DNA of 64,000 nucleotides, taken from NCBI GenBank assembly GCA_963708075.1, contig OY970194.1:6464001-6528000 (forward strand), in the 5' to 3' direction. The notes beneath the pieces are model-generated. The model saw nothing but the letters and a program-made list of their open reading frames with translations. It made no database searches and had not been told where the DNA came from. The position numbers were made by a program, and so were the translations under genes. Below are positions 51,093 to 59,272 of the stretch, piece after piece (within the stretch, counting starts at the first letter, position 1; each line of letters begins with the position of its first letter). The stretch comes from Sedimentisphaerales bacterium (GTDB lineage: Bacteria; Planctomycetota; Phycisphaerae; Sedimentisphaerales; Anaerobacaceae).

Positions 51093-51416
51093 GAATCGAT
51101 CCTTCCGCCAAGCCTGTTTCTTCTCCGCCGGTAGAATCCGCCGGAACTCGGGGGAACCTGCCGACGGGGCGTCGGCAAGCGAGTTTTTCGCATTGAGGCC
51201 ACCCGCATGATAGATCGCACGCACCGCTGGTCACCTGTGCCCTGGAAAAGGACGCCAGCCCGAACCATGCTGGAGGCCATGAAGCGGCAAACTCCCATCG
51301 CGAAGCGACGGAACCAACAGTCCCGTCTCACGAACATAGGACACAAGCCATCCGCCGGACCTTGCGGGGAACAAGTTCGGCTCGCTTGTCACAACTCGCT
51401 ATTCAATTATTCAGGA

Positions 51417-51445
51417 ATTGTACAAACGACCATATTTTCTGTCAA
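51417..51445 (-). promoter_or_regulatory. Near-consensus sigma70 promoter facing the repeat array and EF-G paralog
   Basis: TTGACA-17-TACAAT on the minus strand (51445..51417). Confidence 0.75.
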
Positions 51446-51954
51446 GCGAAATCCGGAAGAATGCCGAGAAGTTTCCCGGCCGGAACCGAGATCGACGTCC
51501 CGGAAGAAACCTGTAGCCCAGCCGCCCTCGGCTGGGGGACTCCTCTTGCCCTTCCGGCCTGTCCGAAGAGGGTGAAAAGTGGCCCGGGCCCGCTCGTAGG
51601 GTGGGTCCTTGACCCACGCGGTTGTCTTCCCGGAATTCTCGCTTGTCCGCTTGACGTGCGCGACCGGACAAGCTACAATTGCGGGTGGCATTTGGAGAGA
51701 ATCGCGTGGTGGCAGTACAGGAGACGGACAATCTTAGGGACTCGCCCGGTGCGGACGCGGCAGTGGTCGGTTCACGCGTGGCGGGGGGGGGGGAATGACA
51801 TCCACAAGCAGCCTGAAGTTGTTGGATCCCCCGCGCGAGGCGCTGCGGTCACGTTATGGTCGCCGGCGTGTAGTATCAGGACGACAGAAGAAATAGGTAT
51901 GACGTCCCCCGAATTCGGACATCATGTGTTGCATCTAAATTCTGAGCTGATTAC

Positions 51955-52623
51955 ATGAGCAAGTGTAAAGGAATAAATCGAAAAGGAAAAGGCTGTGGAA
52001 GTGATCGCATGCCTGGGTCTGAATACTGCGAGGCGCATCAGGACCAAGCGCCAAAGCGCGGAAGGACAGATAACCACAACACTATACAAGAAGAAAAGGC
52101 ACAGGTTCCGACCAAAGTCGGCAGAGTATCGCGTGTTATAAAGTTAGCATGTAGTCTAATTGGCCTCTTATCTGTCCTACTCAATTTCTGGCTAGGTTAT
52201 TATTTCATATTACCTAGGGTAACAGCGTCCATAGAAATGCCCAGCAACAGTAATTTCCCATTTGAATCGCACATAAGTATTGCGAATAACGGCAACTTTG
52301 CAATCACGAATGTTGTCTGCTCCTTGGAGGACAGCAAATTGAGTGCAAGTGTTAGTACTCCCCTTACAATGTATACACATGACCGCGAGGGCAAATTGGC
52401 TGGCAAGCGGGTTGTGCGATTTCCTGAGATAAAGGCAGGACATTCTGAACCATTGGAGCTTGCAAAGATGTTAGGCCTTGTAGGGAGTAGAGCTGACTCC
52501 GCATCCTTTTCACTGAAGATCAGTTATAAGCCTGCGTTTCTGTCTATAAAGACTCAGGTCTTTAGATTCAAGCTCTTCAAGACCGTAGATGGAAATTATA
52601 ATTGGCTTGAGTCAACAATCTAG
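51955..52623 (+). CDS. Low-GC hypothetical membrane protein with an N-terminal CCCH zinc-finger-like motif
   Basis: CKGINRKGKGC...GSEYCEAH, one TM helix and a beta-rich C-terminus; markedly AT-rich; bracketed by GACGTCCCCCGAATTC and GGGGTCAACTCTTGAC. Confidence 0.75.
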   Translation: MSKCKGINRKGKGCGSDRMPGSEYCEAHQDQAPKRGRTDNHNTIQEEKAQVPTKVGRVSRVIKLACSLIGLLSVLLNFWLGYYFILPRVTASIEMPSNSNFPFESHISIANNGNFAITNVVCSLEDSKLSASVSTPLTMYTHDREGKLAGKRVVRFPEIKAGHSEPLELAKMLGLVGSRADSASFSLKISYKPAFLSIKTQVFRFKLFKTVDGNYNWLESTI

Positions 52624-52651
52624 TGCTCTTTCCAGTAGGGGAGAGCAAGAT

Positions 52652-52970
52652 CAGGGGTCAACTCTTGACACTTGACAGCCCGCGTGGAATCGCGGGGCAT
52701 TCGAGGTCAACTCTCAGTGCTTGACCATCGGCATAGACGCGGGTGGGGTCTGAGTCACGGCCAGACCGATACGAGTGGAGTACGCGGATGCGGTGGACCC
52801 TCGAATCGAGAGGTTGTGGTGGAAAGCCACAACGGAATGAAATCCGAAACAAGCACGAATGCCTGAAGCCCGAAATTTGAAACGGGCATGTCGGCCTGCG
52901 GCCGCGTTTCCGTCATTCAGATTTGGGTCGTTAGGGTTTGTTTCGGATTTCGCGCTTCGTGCTTTCTGCC
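52652..52970. repeat. GGGGTCAACTCTTGACACTTGACA motif and a heptamer-type inverted repeat
   Basis: 52652-52677 matches 30421-30444, with a degenerate copy at 52704. GAAATCCGAAACAA (52840) / TTGTTTCGGATTTC (52938) form an IR. Confidence 0.75.
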
Positions 52971-53200
52971 GTCGCGTTCCTTGCTTCAGATTTCTCCGGC
53001 GATTACCTGACGGGCGGGACAATTCTCGAATAATTTTTGCCGGGGGACATCGTATTTGGCGGGGGGGATTTTATGGGGCGATTGATGCAGGTGCGGACGG
53101 GCGGCGGGGGAGGGGACTACAGGTTGTGGGTTGAGGCGGGGGCGGGGTTGTCTATTGGGGGTTGGGTTATGGGGCATTGGGGGCGGCGGCGTCGCGACAT

Positions 53201-53228
53201 TAAAGTGGCGACTGTTTTCTGCCGATAT
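53201..53228 (+). promoter_or_regulatory. Sigma28 (FliA)-like promoter
   Basis: TAAA-16-GCCGATAT versus the consensus TAAA-15-GCCGATAA, 45 nt before the small ORF. Confidence 0.5.
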
Positions 53229-53273
53229 GGCGGCAAGTCTGGGGTGAAGATTTAGAGTCACTAGGAAGGACGC

Positions 53274-53429
53274 ATGAGCATGGATAAGAAGGAACTGATC
53301 GACCGGATCTGCGAAATCAACAAGAGCGCCAAGCCCGAATTCCTTGCCAAGTTTTCCGAGCAGGAGTTGAACGCCTATCTGGAGCATTTGGCGGGGGCGG
53401 ATCTGGCCACGGCGAGCGTTTCCGGCTGA
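53274..53429 (+). CDS. Small helical protein (51 aa), below the ORF-track cutoff
   Basis: RBS AGGAAGGA; MSMDKKELIDRICEINKSAKPEFLAKFSEQELNAYLEHLAGADLATASVSG; typical codon usage. Confidence 0.7.
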   Translation: MSMDKKELIDRICEINKSAKPEFLAKFSEQELNAYLEHLAGADLATASVSG

Positions 53430-53583
53430 CAACCACTCGCCGCGGTCGCGCTGTCCCATGCCCGGCGGCGCAACCTGTCACGACGTCTGTCTTCGGCGCA
53501 GGCGATCCGTTGAAGTCGCGGCATGCACGACGACAGGCACTCACCTCGGAGGGGGGCCCGCCAGGGGAGAGCACGTCACAAGG

Positions 53584-54813
53584 TCACTCTTCGCCCAGGG
53601 AAGTGCCCGACAAACCCTCCACTCGCTCCTTCGTCCTGTCTCTGCCCTTCTTGCCGTTCTTGCCATTTGGCGAAGGCGAAGGTGAGCCCGGTGCGGGCTC
53701 GGGGGCGGGGGCCTGCGGCGACGCAGCCGCCTCGGAGGAACCGGATGAGCCGAATGGCACCACGTCCAGCGCCTCTTCTCGCGAGGCCGGCGTGGGGACC
53801 TGCACGACGTCGTTGCTTTTGAACTGCAGCAGCAGCGGCGTCAGGCTGCCCGGCACCGCGAAGGCGAGATCCATCTTCACGGCGTCGCCGGTGGTGCTTT
53901 CTGCCGTGATGATTTCGCCGAGTGGCTTTCGCTCCAGTCGGCCCTTGCCACCTATGTATCCGAGGGGATAGACGGCCTGGCCTGCCCCGGTCAGCAGCGA
54001 CTTGCCGGCGTTCCTTGCTCCGCAGACCAGCCGAAGCTGCGAGAGCGTGAACTTGCCGGCGTCCCTCAAGCCGCGAGACGCCAACTCGACGCGAACGAGC
54101 ATCAGGTTCTCTCCCCCTGAAATCGAGATCGGTTTGCCCTCGGCGTCCCGCAGGCTGTCCGGCGCCTGTCGGACCCCGCCCTTAGGCACGTCGATTGTCG
54201 TCATGCTCGTCATGAGCGGGACCTTCTCGTTGATCTTGTGACGGTTCAGGTAGAGCTGATCCACATAGCCGGCGTGCAGAACGGCAAAACTCTTCGGCTC
54301 GCCGATCGCGCTGAAACTGCCCCCGCTGACGGTGGCGAACAAGCTCGTGACAAAACCGTCCGGGCTGAGGACCGGTTTGCTCGGCCGGGACGGGTTCGGA
54401 TTGCGTGTGTCGAATCGCGGGTACGGGTACTGGCTGGGCAGGGGGGCCATGGACGCCGCCACGAGCACGTAGCCCGTGATCAGGTAGCCGAGAACCACGC
54501 CGCACACCGGACGGCCGATCTGCTCGGGCAGCTTGCCGAGATCGGTCTTGCCCTTGATGAGCTGCATCGCCCCCGTCTGAAGAAGTGCGAACGCCAGGAT
54601 GAGCAGCAGCGCGAAACAGATCAGCGGCGCCCACACGGCAATGCCCGGCGAATACTTGATCAGCAGGCGGGACAGGATCTCGAAGAAGCCGAACGCGACA
54701 AAGCCCGCGATGACCGCGTTGAAGACCATCGTGATGCCGTGCACCAGCGTTCCCTTGAGAAAGAGGAAGACGGCGCATCCGGCCATAATGGCGAGCATGA
54801 CTAAAGGAACCAT
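53584..54813 (-). CDS. CvpA-like membrane protein with a large soluble C-terminal domain
   Basis: Four N-terminal TM helices (AGFVAFGFFE, EQIGRPVCGVVLG); GGAG RBS; downstream of the pilT/PilB-like genes. Confidence 0.7.
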   Translation of the reverse strand: MVPLVMLAIMAGCAVFLFLKGTLVHGITMVFNAVIAGFVAFGFFEILSRLLIKYSPGIAVWAPLICFALLLILAFALLQTGAMQLIKGKTDLGKLPEQIGRPVCGVVLGYLITGYVLVAASMAPLPSQYPYPRFDTRNPNPSRPSKPVLSPDGFVTSLFATVSGGSFSAIGEPKSFAVLHAGYVDQLYLNRHKINEKVPLMTSMTTIDVPKGGVRQAPDSLRDAEGKPISISGGENLMLVRVELASRGLRDAGKFTLSQLRLVCGARNAGKSLLTGAGQAVYPLGYIGGKGRLERKPLGEIITAESTTGDAVKMDLAFAVPGSLTPLLLQFKSNDVVQVPTPASREEALDVVPFGSSGSSEAAASPQAPAPEPAPGSPSPSPNGKNGKKGRDRTKERVEGLSGTSLGEE

Positions 54814-54941
54814 TGCATTTCTCTCCGAAATATATCCTTTTCCCGAAATCCTCAGCAGGGGAAGGTGTGCGATGCACACCCTACGCATATTGCGCGCCAC
54901 GTTGGGGCCTGTAGGGTGTGCAATGCACGCCGTTCATCTTC

Positions 54942-56594
54942 TTACTGGGACGCCTCAGCGGCCTCTTTCTTGCCTGCGGCCAGCACGCGGAGCATCTCGT
55001 TGATGGCGGTGGTGCCGGCGATGACCTTTCGCAGCGACTGCTCCTGCAGGTAGAGCATCTTGGCCCGGCGGAATTGCATGCCCAGCTCCGGCAGTTGCTT
55101 GACCTGCCGGACGGCCTTGCGCAGCTCGTCGGTCAGGACGATCATCTCGAAGACCCCGGTCCGCCCGACAAATCCGGTGCCCTGGCAGTTCTGGCACATC
55201 GAGGGCTTGCCCCGCTTGTCGAAGATCTCTTTGCCGGGGCGGTACAGGACTTTGGCCTTCTCCGCGGGCAGATTGAATTTCTTAAGCAGCTCGGCGTTCG
55301 GGGCGTATCCCTGCTTGCACTCGTCGCAGAGCTTGCGAAGCATCCGCTGGTTGCTGATCCCGACGAGCGTCTCCGCCACCAGCTTCCTGTCGCCGACCAT
55401 CTTGAGCCACTTGCCCAGCGCCTGCAGGACGCTGTCGGCGTTCATCACGATGTAGACGATCTTGCCGTCCTTGGCGGCGGCGCTGGCAACCTTGGCGGTC
55501 TCGTCATCCTCGCACTCGCCGATGCCGACGATGTCCGGCCCCATGCGAACGATGGTCTGCAATCTCTTGGCGTAGGTGGTGGTGCCCGTGTCGGTGAGCG
55601 AGTACACGACCTGCGTGACGTTGAGCAGCTTGGACGAGGGCACCTTCTCGATGGTGTTGATGTTGTTCATGAACGCGTCGTGGTTTCGCACGAGGGCGTA
55701 CATGGTGGTGGTGATGCCGCTTTTCTTGGGCCCGGTGATGAGGAACAGGCCCTTGCCTTCCTGCCGCAACCGCTCGAGCGGCTCCACTTGATCCGGGCCC
55801 ATGCCGAGGTCGGGCAACCGCATCGACTCGCTCTTGGTGACATGTTTGAGCCGGACCTGCTCGCCGGCCGTCGAGCCCGCCGTCTGAATCTCCCAGTCGG
55901 TGTTCTCCTTGCTCTGACGCGTGCGGAACTTGCCCTTCTGGGGCTTGCGCTTCTCCTTCACGTCGAGTGCGGCCAGCTCTTTCATGAAATGGATGAGAAA
56001 GTCCATTTGCTCGCGCTGGATCGCCGGCTGCTTGGCCGGCGCGCCGTCGATGCTGTACGTCACCTCGTAGCTCTCGCTCTTGGGGGCGAACATGATCGTG
56101 TCGGCCCGGCGCCACTTGGCGTCGCTGAGGACCTCATACGCCGTCCGGTAGCCGAAGAACGTGGGCGTCCGGGGCTCGGGCAGCGGGACCTCGTTGTTGT
56201 TGGTCGTGATGAACATGAAGCCCTGCATCGCCTCGAGCTTGTCCGACGTGCTGAAGAGGCTCTTGGCGTGCTCGACCGTGAGTACGCGATCGAAGTCCAG
56301 GACGCGCGCGTTGCGATGCTTGACGTAGGCCAGGGCGGTTGCGCCCCCGATGACGATGAAGGCCAGTAATCCGACGGGGAAGATGGGGATCAGCCACCAG
56401 AGCAGGATGCCGGCGGCGCCCGTCCCCAGCAGCAGTCCCATCCACGGTCCGATTTTGGTTTCTACGGCCTTGGCGTCCTTGTACGCCCAGCCGATCAGCA
56501 GGAGCCACAGGAGATACATGACGAGAAACACGACCAGCTTCACGGCCGAGATGTAGCCGCCATACTCGATGGCCATCAACAGGAAGTCCGGCAT
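54942..56594 (-). CDS. PilB/GspE-like protein with N-terminal TM helices and degenerate ATPase motifs
   Basis: LAALDVKEKRKPQKGKF, ISNQRMLRKLCDEC..CQNCQGTGFVGRTGVFE and GTTAINEMLRV; Walker A reads GPKKSGITT. Confidence 0.85.
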   Translation of the reverse strand: MPDFLLMAIEYGGYISAVKLVVFLVMYLLWLLLIGWAYKDAKAVETKIGPWMGLLLGTGAAGILLWWLIPIFPVGLLAFIVIGGATALAYVKHRNARVLDFDRVLTVEHAKSLFSTSDKLEAMQGFMFITTNNNEVPLPEPRTPTFFGYRTAYEVLSDAKWRRADTIMFAPKSESYEVTYSIDGAPAKQPAIQREQMDFLIHFMKELAALDVKEKRKPQKGKFRTRQSKENTDWEIQTAGSTAGEQVRLKHVTKSESMRLPDLGMGPDQVEPLERLRQEGKGLFLITGPKKSGITTTMYALVRNHDAFMNNINTIEKVPSSKLLNVTQVVYSLTDTGTTTYAKRLQTIVRMGPDIVGIGECEDDETAKVASAAAKDGKIVYIVMNADSVLQALGKWLKMVGDRKLVAETLVGISNQRMLRKLCDECKQGYAPNAELLKKFNLPAEKAKVLYRPGKEIFDKRGKPSMCQNCQGTGFVGRTGVFEMIVLTDELRKAVRQVKQLPELGMQFRRAKMLYLQEQSLRKVIAGTTAINEMLRVLAAGKKEAAEASQ

Positions 56595-56656
56595 TTACTG
56601 CTCCGTTATCAAAGCTATGCTATTGTGACGCACGGCGGGCACGCTCTCGACAGGCA

Positions 56657-57790
56657 TCAGAGGATTCCTTCGGCGGTGGTGCGAATGCCCTTGAGCGCCA
56701 TCTTGAGTTCGTCCGAGTTCGGGGCGTGCTTGTAAGCGTCTTTCGGATCGATCCACCCCTCCTGGACGAGCCTGCAGAGGTTCTCGGTGAGGTCCAGCAT
56801 GCCATCGCGTTGCGAGCCGCGGATGACGCTGGGCAGGTCGGCCTCGCGGCCCTCGGAGATGAGCTTTCGCACGCCGGGGCTGGCCAGCAGAACCTCCACC
56901 GCCGGAATGCGGTCGATCTCGTCCCTGATCGAGGGCAGCAGGGCCTGACTGATGATGGCGCGGATAGAGATCGCCAGGGCTTGGCGGACCAGCTCGCGCT
57001 CGTTCTGGGGAAACAGGTCGAGCAGGCGGTGGACGGCCTGGGAGGCATTGGACGAGTGCATGGTCCCCATGACCATGTGCCCGGTCTCCGCCGCCCGCAT
57101 GCCGGCTGTTACAGTCTTGGAATCGCGCATCTCCCCGACGAACACGACGTCCGGGTCCTGGCGCATCAGGAACGTCAGGGCGTCCTCGAAGGTGGGCACG
57201 TCGATCCCGATCTCTCGTTGCGAGACGATCGCCTTGTTGTCCTTGAACAGATACTCGATGGGGTCTTCAATGGTCACGATATGGCAGGATCGGGTCCGGG
57301 TGATGTAGTCCAGCATGGACGCGATGGTCGTCGTCTTGCCGCAGCCCGTGGGGCCGACGACGAGCACCAGGCCCTGGCGGGACTCGGCGATCTTTTCCAC
57401 GATAAGTGGCAGGTGCAGGCTCTCGAACGACGGGACGTAGGTACTGACCCGCCGGGCCACGAGACTGACGACGCCCCGCTGGCGGAAGACGTTGATTCGA
57501 AAGCGGTTCTCCCCGCCGACCTCGTGGGCAAAATCCAGAGTCCCATTTTTCTGGAAGAACTCCCTCTGGGCCGGGCTCATGATTTCGAAGACCAGCTCTT
57601 CCATTCGCTCAGCGGTCAGAACCTCACCCGTGGTGTTTTTCAATTCGCCGTACAGCCGCAGCTTGGGCGGTTGGCCGACCTTCAAATGAATGTCATTTGC
57701 CTGCGTCTTGATCGCGACCCTGAAGTACTTGTCCAACTGGGGCTCGCCCTCAAGGGCCTTGCGGGCATCGAGAGGTTGTTCAGGGGTCAT
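56657..57790 (-). CDS. pilT: Type IV pilus retraction ATPase PilT/PilU family
   Basis: DIHLKVGQPP, RFRINVFRQRG, GPTGCGKTTT, TIEDPIE, RQDPDVVFVGEMRD and AAETGHMVMGTMH. Confidence 0.9.
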   Translation of the reverse strand: MTPEQPLDARKALEGEPQLDKYFRVAIKTQANDIHLKVGQPPKLRLYGELKNTTGEVLTAERMEELVFEIMSPAQREFFQKNGTLDFAHEVGGENRFRINVFRQRGVVSLVARRVSTYVPSFESLHLPLIVEKIAESRQGLVLVVGPTGCGKTTTIASMLDYITRTRSCHIVTIEDPIEYLFKDNKAIVSQREIGIDVPTFEDALTFLMRQDPDVVFVGEMRDSKTVTAGMRAAETGHMVMGTMHSSNASQAVHRLLDLFPQNERELVRQALAISIRAIISQALLPSIRDEIDRIPAVEVLLASPGVRKLISEGREADLPSVIRGSQRDGMLDLTENLCRLVQEGWIDPKDAYKHAPNSDELKMALKGIRTTAEGIL

Positions 57791-58146
57791 ACTCCCACCA
57801 ACTCCAAAAACGAAAAGATCAGCCCTGCATGCCGGCATGCCTTTCGCCGGCTCGTTTGTGACCGACCATTCAGCGGTAAGATTTGCAGAAACAAACCTTT
57901 ATATCACCATGATACCGGCGTGTCGGGCTATTGTCAAGCTCGATACTTTGTCCGGCGGCGGGAATCTCCGCCTGTCTTAACACCGCGCCATGCGGATCTC
58001 TGTGTCCCTTCGCCGACAAGGTAATGCCCTATAATATTCCTTGCCGCCGAGCCTTTCAACTCTTTTGCTTTAGTTTCGACGTTCACCTATAATAGTCCCT
58101 GATTGAGCCCTGTGCGTTACACGTGATCCATTCCGCACAGCGAATC

Positions 58147-58926
58147 ATGGGGAAATCTATGTCTATGGCACACGGCCTGTTTTATAACCTGGGCAGGAAA
58201 CTGGGGCCGAAGGTCCGCAAGGTCCGGTGGATGTGGGAGTCCCTGGCCGGCACGGAGGCGGACGCCATCCGGCTGGAGCATGGGGTAGGGCTGGACCTGG
58301 CGCACGAAGCCGAGCTCCAGCTTACGATGGATCCGGACTCGAAGGCGGCCGAAACGCTGCAGGAGATTGGCGGCCGGCTTTCTGCTTGTGTGGCAAACCG
58401 GCTCAGGTTGTTCCGATTCGACGCCTTCCAAGGGGGGCAACCCAATGCGTTCGCTCTGCCCGGGGGGTTCATCTTTGTCGGCCGGCCCATCCTCGAGCTA
58501 TGCCGGTGGGACAAGGATCAGATTGCCTTTGTCCTGGCCCATGAGATGGCCCACGTCATCCGCCGTCATGCCATCGAGCGCATCGTGACCAACTCGGCGG
58601 TCTCCATGGCGGCTCGCGCAGCTCCAGTCAGCGGAGCCCTCGGTCCCTGGCTGCGCAATGTTGGCCTGCGCTTCCTCGAAACCGCCTATTCGCGCGACCA
58701 GGAGCTGGAGGCCGATAAACTGGGCGTGCGGCTCGTAATGGCCGCGGGCTACAAGCCCGATGCCTCCGCCGAGCTGTTTTCACGCCTGGCGGAGCTGAGC
58801 AAGTCGTCTGATCCTGCGGCCCTGGGGGAGTATTTCTCCACGCATCCGAGCGCGGAGGTCCGCATCCGGAGCATCCGCCGGTACCTGCAACACCGCCCGG
58901 ATGGGCCTGCGGAGCGAAGAGCGTAG
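58147..58926 (+). CDS. M48-family zinc metallopeptidase
   Basis: PNAFALPGGFIFV, AFVLAHEMAHV, YSRDQELEAD and FSTHP. The exact start is uncertain (58147, 58159 or 58165). Confidence 0.9.
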   Translation: MGKSMSMAHGLFYNLGRKLGPKVRKVRWMWESLAGTEADAIRLEHGVGLDLAHEAELQLTMDPDSKAAETLQEIGGRLSACVANRLRLFRFDAFQGGQPNAFALPGGFIFVGRPILELCRWDKDQIAFVLAHEMAHVIRRHAIERIVTNSAVSMAARAAPVSGALGPWLRNVGLRFLETAYSRDQELEADKLGVRLVMAAGYKPDASAELFSRLAELSKSSDPAALGEYFSTHPSAEVRIRSIRRYLQHRPDGPAERRA

Positions 58927-58928
58927 CG

Positions 58929-59015
58929 ATGGACTTAGTGGACTGTGTGGACGGAGTGGACGAGGTGGACGCTTCGCCGGCTTCGCGCCGTCCACTGCGT
59001 CCGCATCGTCCATAA
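58929..59015. repeat. 9-bp tandem repeat hairpin after the M48 gene
   Basis: (A/G)TGGAC-nnn x5, then inverted GTCCA(C/T)-like copies around GCTTCGCCGGCTTCGC. Confidence 0.7.
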
Positions 59016-59272
59016 CGGACACGTCGTCCATTTGCGGCGACGCAGTGCGATCCCGTGTCCCTTGCCTGTCTGATGCTCGATGGCCGCACAATTTCCTCGA
59101 TTTAGAGCCTGCCATCTGCTATACTAAGGATGGGTGTAGCTTGCGAGGAGGACCGGAAATCGGCAGGGGGCCCAGTCCGGGTCTCCGGCGCTCTGCATCG
59201 CTCCTCGGCATGGATGGAGGGCCGGGAAGGACCGACCCGTCAACATAGGACAACCTGGAGTTGCAGACCGCG

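Noticed and set aside
50225..51346. Short ORFs with RNKAN/AKQSQ/ETKPI or LALFR/NWLCF repeats (also 25940-26392 and 28421-28889)
   Set aside because: These are translations of a DNA repeat that shifts between frames; there is no RBS or consistent codon bias.
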